A stretch of 64,000 nucleotides of DNA from positions 186,001 to 250,000 of the forward strand of contig JAPETS010000036.1 of assembly GCA_026023565.1 (NCBI GenBank), written 5' to 3'. The position numbers and the translations under genes were made by a program. Below, in pieces: positions 49,553 to 60,187 of the stretch (position 1 is the stretch's first letter; each line of letters starts with the position of its first letter). The notes under the pieces are model-generated. The model did no database searches, was not told the origin of the DNA, and worked only from the letters and a program-made list of their open reading frames with translations. Source of the stretch: Cirrosporium novae-zelandiae (taxonomy: Eukaryota).

Positions 49553-49998
49553 GTCATAGAAAAGTAATAAATACAATATCTTGAGCAGTGCCTTTTTGCG
49601 GGGTAGCTGTCGTTCAATCCCTTCTTTATTCACGAACCTATGTAATCGTCAGAGGAACCCGCCAAATATAATTTTGAGTTAGAATAACCATTTCCAATAT
49701 TTCAAATGTGAAAGATGGTTGACCTAGAGGCTTAAAGCATAGAATAACTGACTGTGCCGAGCTTCGATAACTGTAATCCGAAATTTGTGTATTGCGGGGA
49801 GATGTAAGCCAGCAAACATAAATATTTAGCATAAATATTTATTTATATTGAACATCAACAACAACAACCCTCCGGGCCTTACAGCAACAACTAATTAATA
49901 TTAAACCCTCCCCCCCCCCTAAAAAAAATCAACAATACAATAATCTAGCTCCACCCAGCCCCACCAAACACCAAACCCATCCACCAAAAAAACAAACA

Positions 49999-51691
49999 AT
50001 GTCCCCAACCCCCCCCTCCCCCTCAGACCTCCAGCACCAGCACCAGCACCAGCGTCATCTACTAACCACCCAAGCCTCACAACTCCTCACAATCTCAAAA
50101 CCCCACCTCAACCCCCCAGCCCTCAAGAACCTAACCTCTCTAGCCACAGCACCCGAAATCGAAAGTATAGCTGCAAGTCTAATAGCATTTACAGACGACC
50201 GCGACGCATGGACAACGGCTGCTAGCAAGCGGCTGGCTGAAGTGGTGCTTGAGGGTTATCTCCGCGAGGGTAGCGGTGGTGGTGGTGGTAGTAGTGGTAG
50301 CGGGGTGGAAGGCAGAGAAGAAGAAAAATCTAGTAGCAGCGCTGGCAATAGTGACAGTGCCACCCTACAAACCCTCCAATCTCACCTCCTCACCCACATA
50401 ATAAAACCTGCATTCACCCACTCATCCTCCAAGAACAACAACCCCCTCCTAACCCCCTTGGGCCGAAAAGCCGCATATCCAATCCTCCCCAAGAATGCAA
50501 ATATCGATTTCTCCGACGACAACGACGACAACGGATCCAAGAAGAAGCCGTGGAAGAATTCAAAGATTTATGTCCCTACGGTCTTGAGATGGGTTTTGGT
50601 GCATTTGGATGTATGTACGGATGGTTCTCTCTCTACTCTACTCCACTTTCCCCCGTCTTATAAAAAAAATTTCATTATTGGGACTTTTTTTTTTTTTTTT
50701 GGCTATCTGGTGTGTAGGGTGCTTGCTTGGCAGCTACAGTAAGCCTAAATGAATATATGGGAAATTAACATGTATACAGGCATCTCTCGTAGAGCAATAC
50801 TGGCCACTGATTATCCCACCACTGCTAGCGCTTCTCGATGATGAAGCAATTGCTTCCAAGACCAAGGGCTGTGAACTAATTCAAATCCTCGTATCTAGAT
50901 CCCCCCCCAGCCTGCTTGCAAAGACCGGATTGGGGGACCTATTCGAAGATGCTTTACTGCCATGTCTGCTCTACCTGCCTACGTTGATTTCCGAAACGGA
51001 GTCTCTGCAATTACTACGCGCAGTGTATCCGGCTCTCATCTGTTTGGCGAATGCTCGCTGGGAGGGCGGCGAGTCCGGCCAGGAGAAGAGGCTCAAAACA
51101 TTCGACAGGATTTTACAGCAGGGTGTTCTGGGTGGTCACCAGCAAGCTGGCGATCATGTCAAGATCGCGGATGTGCTGGTTGAAAACGCTGGGATTATTG
51201 TGGACGAGATGGGGATTTATTCTGTAAAATACCTAAAGGTACGTACTACCATCACCATCCTCGAAAGACAAAAATACGGTGAAAGAAGAGTAAAAACAAA
51301 CTCGCTTCCGTGAAGTCATGCTCATTAAAGTCATAAGGTTCTTCTCCCTCTGCTTTCAGACATTTTAGCAGCTCCATTTGCAACAGCATATCCACCATTA
51401 CTGTTAACAACGGCAAAGACTCTGAAAACAATTATTCTCAATGACTGGCCACGGATAACCTTTCATGAAGGGGAACTCCTGCGTGGCTTAACGGTGTGCT
51501 GGTGTAAATTGAAGGAGGATAATATGGATGACAAAGACAGGCAGAAGGCCCAGGAAGATATCAAAGGTACTGTAGCGCTCTTAATCAATGCAACCGGCGG
51601 TCACGAACGCTTCCAATCTATCCGAGACACCCTAATAAACGAAGACGACCGGCTCAAGGACCTCTTTCTCGATAACGTGCACAAAGCCTGA
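49999..51691 (+). CDS. TTI2: TEL2-interacting protein 2 (TTT complex)
   Basis: PWK..VPTVLRW, WPLIIPPLLALLDD, TGLGDLFEDALLPCLLYLPTL, YPAL, WPRI; exons ~49999-50609, 50780-51238, 51339-51691. Confidence 0.78.
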
Positions 51692-51871
51692 AAAACTCCC
51701 GATACCTCAACTTCGGCTCCCGAACCAGCTCAAGTAGGGTGAATACTGTTCGACCGTTTAAGATATTCCGAAATCTTTGCCACCACCGTTATGCTATGAT
51801 CTTGCCCAATATTATCCCGGATGAAGCCTTGCAACCAACTCCTCCAACCTCCTAAAGTGTATGTGACTAGA

Positions 51872-54800
51872 CTATTCCGTCCGGTTTTGCTTAAACAACG
51901 ACTTGCCCCTCAACCATTGACGATATGCCTTGTACCTTTTCTGGGGAAAGTCTGAATCCGTTACTGTCAGCGGGTTTTCCGACACATATAAGAATTCTGT
52001 ATAATCGGCAAGATCCTCTTCTGCAGGTTGCATCTCAGCAACAAAATCCGGTGATATGCTGTTGATATAACCAAGCACATCTGGGCTCGGATCTGGTATT
52101 ATCTCCTCGGAAGTGACCAAAGGTAGCTTGAGCGGATGCATGATATATCTTTCGTATTCTTCAGCTTCCATCCTTGTGACCGAGGGATTAAGAGAATCCG
52201 TCACGAATTGGTCCAATGTCCATTGGGTGATGAGCGACTTATCTGCAGGTGTACCTGATGGTCTTCTGGGCGATATATGGGCCTTCAATACTTTTTCGGG
52301 ATTAGGTTCCTTCATGATACTAGAACGGGTCTGATATATCTCGCCCGGCTGATGTTGCGACAAGGCATGCAGCTGTCTTGGGAATATTGCTATTCCTTCT
52401 GTGGGGGTTTGAGGTGTAGAATCCATGTCTCGATCATCGACGATCTTTACACGCTTTTTCTCGATGGGATCATGTTCGTGTCCCGCTCTCACGTGGAATG
52501 GACTCAAATCATATCCGAATTCCTGCATCGTCTTGAATGGAAATGGGGTGTATCGGAGCGTCGAGTTCATGCGATAAGACAGTATTTTATTAAAGGAGGA
52601 TAAGATGGCAGGCCGGTAGTATTCAAGCCAGTATTCATCAAAAAACTTCAAAGGCTTATCGGCTACCCTTCCATGAGGCTTCACCGCTGGAGACATTTGC
52701 CTGGGAGCAAGGAATTCAGGCGTGAACCAGTTGATGTAGCTCCGTTGCGATTTTTCTGCCCAGGTTCGGGGATCTGCGTGATGTAGATAATAATCTGTCG
52801 AGAGATCCCAAAGCATTGGCTGCCCTTGTGCGAATATGTAGTTACCAAGGAATAGATTGTAAGCTTCCTGTCGCTGTCCATCGAGAAAGGAATTATTGTA
52901 ATAACGTTTGAAGCTCTCAACCATATCCCTGGAATGGCTTGTCCATTGATTGATCTTCCTATATGTTTCCATAGTGTTGACTAGATGTGACCCGCCATAT
53001 TGAATGGCAATCGTATCGCCGTGGTCATGGTACCTGGTGGTGATCAATGAGTGACTTGGGTAGCTTGGTAAAGGTCAGAGAGGACAAACATGTGCGTGAA
53101 TAGATTGACAACATCGGAATCATATTTGATAGTGGGGTTGTCAATGATTCCCAAAGCATGTAGCTGGTGCCCTAAAGCCCTTTTCCCTATCACAAATTGG
53201 GCAGCATTTGTTCGATCGAGACAATCTATACAATTAGTCCTGCCAACACCGTTCTGGAGTTTCAGGCCGCCGTCTTCAGCCTGTCCATTGCGGAAGAAGC
53301 TCGTCTTTGACATGACCTCTTCCGCAATCTCTTCTAGCTTTCCTATGACATCCTGGTCACGACTTGAGTAATATCAGTTCAGGGACAACAGGAGGGTTGA
53401 AGGTATTCAGCGTTACCTTTTTGATGCGCGACTCATGTCCCATGCCCTATATATAATTTGCTTTTCTTGAGGTAGGAATTGATTGAGATATTTTACGGCA
53501 GTCGTGAACTCCTTCAATAGCTTTGACTCCCGTGGAGTCCTTTCACGAGCCTAATTATAATCAGATCTGTTCTTTTTAGAATAGGATAAAATGCTGCCAT
53601 GCCTTTATTAGATTCAACACGTATATAGGTGAACCGTATCTCTCGAATAAATTGTCAAAGTGAATTGCAGCAGCGCTATAATATGGGTCGTTTAAGTTAA
53701 CTAAAGGGCTTAGCAGATACCATGCTACACTTTGATAGGGTCATTACGCTCGATATCTGGCTTGGGAGAAACACCAGTATTATCTTGAGTCCAGTACAGT
53801 GGAATGCTTCCCCGATGTTGAACATAGGAAGTATAGCATGGATTGGCGTATAGTTTGGGTCCTGGAGCATGAAAGGAAGTCGTTAGCATCTCAGAGACGA
53901 TTTGCTCGGTCTCGACGTCGTTTGCAACATATCCCTGTCACGATCTGTCAGCAGCGAAATAGAAGAAGAAACAGGCTTTATCCCGACCAAGTCATTCGCT
54001 CCTCGCTTCAAAAATCTTGCACCAGCAAAATATCTTGACCTCCTAGCAATAATCGTAATGTAGACAGGACGTCCAAATACATCCATGGCTATCAACATCA
54101 GCTCTATTTTATGATTAAATAATTTGCTAGTAAAATACATACTGGCTTGATCCACAAATCCATGAATTATTGGCAAACACCAATCATATACATTCTTCAA
54201 AGCAGCTATTGCCGGTTCAAGGAGATAGTGATTCCAAATAAACATTTCATTGAAGTCATGCCTGGAGGGCTGCGCTAGACCTGCCTCAAGAGCCTTTCGC
54301 TCTCTTAAGATGTTGTATTGTAGAGTGTGTGTAATGTCATAGGAATAGCTAAAGTAGAAAGAACGCGAAAGATCAAGATTGTTTAGAATACCAACGAAGC
54401 GAGCTTCCTCGGGATTCTTATCTAGTCGAAAACGTGAGGATGAAGTGGTTGTTAATGGGATTAGCTCTGTCCCGTCGATTTGATAGATGTAATGACCTCC
54501 TATCATGGCAACTTGGCTTCTTTTCGTAATGAGTAACATATAATATGCCCCGGTAAATCTGATAAACCCTAACAACCCCCAACTACTACATCTAGCTTTT
54601 AGGCCTCCTGTGCTTTTGTTGCCATCTTCAATAGCAAGAATTAACTGGTGCATTTCCTTCTTTGTGTAGACAATGTCGTCTCCATCAATAACAAGCTCTC
54701 CCGAATCGGCGGTCCGGTCTATCTTTAAGATCCGGTGTCGTGTTTCGGTAATGTCAGTGCCTACCATATAAAACCTGGTGGCGGTTTCGTAGACAGTGAA

Positions 54801-55106
54801 CTTGTAGATTTTAGAGATGCCATCTTCACCAACCTTCTCGTACGCAGCACCTCGGTTTCTTTGTAGAATAGAGATGGGGGTCCCTGATCTATCAAAAGAC
54901 TTGGGAATGTTTGAGTCTTCTTCTCCTGTCGAAACATCGCCGAGATCTAATGGAGTTGCTTCAACAGGAACTGGGAGACTGAAGGTTGGCTCTGGACGGT
55001 CAGAACTAGATGCTGTGTCTGGGGATGGAGTGACGAGAGATCGAAGATCTTCGTTGAGACTTTCAGGTGCGGGATTGTGAAGTGGAGCAGGAATATTGGT
55101 ATCCAT
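51872..55106 (-). CDS. FIG4: SAC-domain PI(3,5)P2 5-phosphatase Fig4
   Basis: [37 protein letters not shown], catalytic [24 protein letters not shown]; multi-intron. Confidence 0.96.
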
Positions 55107-56342
55107 GATTTGACATCAACTACCTATGGTTCAGATAAATCAGTGGACCATCCCGTAATGAATGGCCAGTCAGGAGAATAGATTGAGGCGGCTTGATGGC
55201 TTGGCAGAGGATTAGGTTGAAGAGATGAAAGTTGAACCGTTGGAGTTGGAGGTCAGTCAACAAGCCATCAAGTGGTCGTTGCAGGAGCAACAGCCAAAAA
55301 GAGAAAGAAAGATCTCGGAGAATCTGAAGAGCTCGGACCGACCAGTGAGAAGGGATCCGATGATCTCGGCACGTTGTCGGAAATAATCAACGCGGAATAT
55401 GCCGTGACCGGGGTTCCGAATCCCTGTCCTCTCCTCTCCCCTCTCTCTCTCTCTCTCTCCTCCTCCAAGGCTCCAACATTCAACAACGTGGCTTCTTAAT
55501 TAATATAATTAATCATCTCATCTTATTTGTCTAATTATGCTTCATTAAACTGAAGAATGTGTTCCGTCGGGATTTGTTTATGCTGGGAGATGAAGAATGG
55601 TGGTGCAACTGTTTAAACAAAACATCATATTTCTTGGCCTCATTGGGGATTTGTTGAACTCCGCTGTCGGCGATCTTGGCGTGTCTTGGCATCACTATTT
55701 TCTGTTGGTTTGTCTTGGCAGTGTGTCTGGCTGTTTGACCAGTTTGACCACGCCATTTTCCGTTTCAATATTTCCTACTCAACGGCATCTTCTGTTCCTC
55801 CCGCTAATAGTCCATCCAGTCCCCGCTACTTTGCAGTTGGATTTATTTTCTCGTATCCATCTGTACTACTGTACCCCTTCTTTTAATGAATTCTTACCAC
55901 GTTTTTGATAGCTCCATCCTGAATGATAGCCCCACTGCTTCCCGCTCACCTTTCTGAGGAAACAGTGGAAATAGTCTGCCAAGAGCCAGCTTGCCAATCA
56001 GCTCACTTATATGGCGGAGGGGACGAAACGGAACGAATTCCCCATTAAGGAAATATCGGAAACTTCGATTGTTTCTCTGACACAGTTTTAACCTCCCTCA
56101 GGTATCATGACTAGCTATAGCTGTAAGATGAAGCGAGATGAGCCTGGTCATGAAAGAGTTCAAATACCTTGGGTCTTCCCTGTTTCCAACCTTCTTTTCT
56201 TCTCCAGTCGACGCCTTGTCTTCCAATTGTCTTCCACATTCTTTCTCTCTCTCTCTCCACTGCCAATATACTGAGTTCTTGGACTGGTTCCAATTCGTTC
56301 TTTACATCCAAAATAGCCTTTATTCTTTGATCTGCGATCATC

Positions 56343-57381
56343 ATGAAGACTGCATCCACTCTTTCCACCCTCGTCTTGGGTCTTAGCTCCCTTGTCTCTG
56401 CCGGACCTATCCTCAGCAAGCGTTCTGCTTCCTACGATGACACTTGCACTATCGGTTACTGCACCTTAGGCGACGGCACTACGGGCGGCAGCGGTGGCAC
56501 TGTCACCGAGGTCAGCACTCTCGATGACCTTGTTTCTGCTGTTGAAGGCGACGAATCTAAGATTGTCGTTATTACTTCATCCCTGTCCTCGGATGAGGAT
56601 GAGGGTTATGCTGTCAAGCCTGGTGCCAACACCAGTATCTTCGGTTCTAGCGATGTTACCCTAACCAACATCGGTATCCGTATCCTTGACACCGAGAACG
56701 TCATCGTTCGTAACTTGAAGATTGAGAAGGTTCTCGCTTCCACAGATGCTATTGCCATCCAGGCCTCCAACAATGTCTGGATTGACCACTGTGAACTTAG
56801 CAGTGATCGTGACCACGACAAAGACTATTACGATGGGTTAGTTTTTTCTTTTAGCTCCCCGAACGACCAACGATACTAACTAGAGCAGTCTTTTAGATAT
56901 CACACACGCAGCTGACTACGTCACTGTGTCCAACAACTACCTCCATGACCACTGGAAGGCATCTCTTGTCGGTCACTCCGACAGCAACGAAGATGAAGAT
57001 TCCGGCCACTTGACCGTGACCTACTTCTACAACTTCTTCGAGAACCTTAACTCTCGTGGCCCATCTTTCCGTTTCGGAACAGGCCACATCTTCAACAACT
57101 ACTACAGCAACATGAGCGACGGCATCAACACCCGTGACGGAGCCCAACTTCTCGTCGAAAACAACGTCTTCGTCGACAGCGACAAGCCCCTCTACAGCAC
57201 CGACGACGGTTATGCTGTTGCAAGCGGCAACGACTTCGGTGACGGTGAGAACACCGCCGAGGAAGGAACCCTCACCACCATGTCCGAATACGACTATGAC
57301 CTCATTGAAGCTACTTCCGTCACTTCATATGTCGAGTCCAATGCTGGTGCCGTCCTCAGCCTCACTGACTCCAAGTGCTAA
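56343..57381 (+). CDS. Secreted pectate lyase (PL1)
   Basis: Signal peptide plus KR site, GTTGG, NVIVRNL, DAIAI, VWIDH, DGLLDI (after intron 56837-56888), KASLVG, RGPSFRFG. Confidence 0.94.
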
Positions 57382-60187
57382 GAGATTTGTTTAAAAAAAA
57401 AAGAGGGGAAGAAAGGGTTCAAATTAACACAAAATAAAGAGAACCAAGCTCTCAAGGGAGAAGAGAGTTTTTAGGAAATTTTTGATTGCGCTTTTTAATG
57501 CCTCTTGTGGGTAGCATTTTACATAACTCATTACGAGTTTTCAATTGTAAATATTTAATATAAAATTGTTGCTACAAAAGGCATTAACACATAACATATC
57601 CCACCGTATCTTCGTTTTTTTGTCGTTTACCGTATATAAATAAGCCTGATAAGATCATCAACAACCATGACCAATCAATTCTAATTAACAATAATTCTCC
57701 CATCTTCAACAAAAATATACATGGAACTAATTAATGGCCGCTAATTACTTCCATGTTCGGTTCCGATGACTTTTTTATTCCATATTGAACTGTCACTAGA
57801 TATTAGCCATGGGACCCGGATGCTTCCTCTCCCTTTCTATGGTAGTTTTGTTTTTTGCACACCTAATTACAGTATCTCCTGAACTGTCCCTGAATGGCGC
57901 ACGATTGTAGGGAGGGGGGGGTCAATCGGCCTAATGAAAAGATTTTGAGACTCTCCAATATGGATTCAGTATCAATTAAAGAAGTTGATAAATCTGATTC
58001 TGCCTGATTCTGCATGAAAATAGTAATCTTATCTGATCTATCACAATCCTTATATGACATGACGCCTTGATGGCCCGTTCAGGAGATAACGTCAAATCCT
58101 CAGGCCAAATCTACTCTTAACCCATCGGTCTCAATCCATATCAATACCCAAGTAGGGTATTAGAAAGACAACCCAAACCTAAAACTTTCATTCATCCAAC
58201 TCACAAAAGGACTTACATGTACAATACAATATTAGCCCCCCCTCTACTCCACTAAATCCCTACTACTAAAATATCCATATACCCCATAGTAGCTCCCCCC
58301 ATAACCCCATACCACCAACCAACCAAGCACCTACCTTCTATAAACCCCCCATATATCCTATTTACCTTTTAACTCCAATTATCTAGGTATTTATAAACAT
58401 CTGCCAAAATCTATAGTAATAAATAAATAAATACATAAACCAGGGAGGGATGGGAGGACAGGAAGATGGGAGGATGGAACTTGGGAGGATGGATATGAGG
58501 ATGAAGTGTTGAAGCGGAGTGGAGTGGTTGGTTAGTTAGTTTTGTTTATTGAGGTAGTTGATGGAGTTGGTAGGTAATTCGTTATTGCGTTATTGCATTG
58601 CGTTTGCTGATTTAACTTTAATGTCTATTGATGTTCATATACGTATTCATCATATTCCACATGAACACGTACATGTATACGTACTGTACTATACCAACCC
58701 CCCATACCATCAAAACATTAACTATCCCCCCCAAAAAACCCCCAATTTCACATTTCATATCCCTAAATATTTTAGATCCGAAGAAAAATATCCCATTCCC
58801 CTCTACCTCGCCCTCTATATTCTTGATTTTTTTTTAAAGAAAAAATTCGAAAAAGTTGAAGTTGGGGTTGCCAGTGGGGTTTTAGAGGGAGGAGAAGGAG
58901 GGAGGGGGGGTTAGAGACATTTTGGGGAGGAGGGGGGTAGTTATGAATTGGTTTTGGAGAAGTGAAAGTGGAAATAAAGTAAAAGTGAAGTAGAAGGTGG
59001 TTGGCTTGAGCTTTGAGTTGGATTTTTAGGGGTGGGGTGGCGGGGTTTTGGTTGCCGTCATGATAGCAACTCCTTTTTATCCAGGACTTTCGTTAATTAG
59101 GAGGTAGTATTGGGGAGCATTAGTCCCCCATAGCAATAACCTTGGTCAAGTGACCTACAAATTGTATATCAGATTCATAGACCAGAGGAATGAAAAATTA
59201 TGCCTCTGCAACAAGTATGTAGGCCTCTTGAGGTGCAATAGCGACTTCTCGAAGTCTGGGGAGAAAGAGAGAGAGCGATGGATGTTATATGTTCACTCTA
59301 GCGAGTTGCGTCAAACGAAATAGATAGATGAAAACTGCTATTATTTTCGGGGGGCACGAGGAGATTGATTAAGGGCATATCTAGAGGATTGTTAGTTATA
59401 AAGAGAGAGAAGAAAAAGGGGGGTCGATCTAAAGGGAAGCAAGGGGAACCATATATCAGTGGTCCGTTGGCTATCTAGATTAAATATGGTCTTAGAGACA
59501 AAGAGAATTATAAGTTTGGGAACTTGTAGAAGGGTTAAAATTTGATAAGGGATTTGTGGGGGTTGATATCATGGTCTGTTTGATCTGGACTAACAGGCTC
59601 GTTGTGTGTGTGTATGTGTTGTTTTTGGATTATTCTTGTTAAGGGAGGGCAGGGAATGGTTGTAGGATATGGACGACGACTCATGTTGCACTGAAGGCGA
59701 AGAGTCAATGACGTCCGCATGGGTCAGTCGATACACCTACCTGTTCATTAGTATCCGTACCTCCTGCATACCCTTGGGCTCCTAGGTTTCTTGCGCACAT
59801 ACTTCACCGTAGAAAGGACTATATAATCATAACTTAGGGACTCATTTGATAGATTATAAGTAATGAACCCAAACTATGTAGAAGATATTGCAAGAGTGAA
59901 TGGTTTTTTTATACTACCTTAATACCGGCAGCGGCAGATAAGCTAAGAAAATAAAGGAAAAATTAGGTCAGGAGGTTGTTATATTAGCAAAGAGATATCA
60001 AAAAGTCTGGTTAGGAAATGAAGGACTGCTCATTGACGCCAACATTTAAGGCGCCACCGCCTAGAACTCCAAGGGAAAAGGTGCCGTATCTCTCTTGCCT
60101 AAACATATGCTCCTTGTGTCTGGAAGCTCTCCACAATCTCCTTCGGTTCCAAAGGCGATTCTTGATGAAATGGTTTTCGTCCTAGGT

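Noticed and set aside
42472..55106. CHMP7, TRS85 and FIG4 as a membrane-trafficking cluster
   Set aside because: Different complexes interleaved with unrelated CCA1 and TTI2; ordinary housekeeping synteny is sufficient
55395..55430. GGGGTTCCGAATCCC resembling a tRNA T-arm
   Set aside because: Extra base relative to GGTTCGAATCC, and no acceptor, D or anticodon stems can be built
57800..60100. Short ORFs and exon-like fragments between the pectate lyase and the NLR
   Set aside because: No coherent spliced frame or recognisable domain; mostly low-complexity sequence
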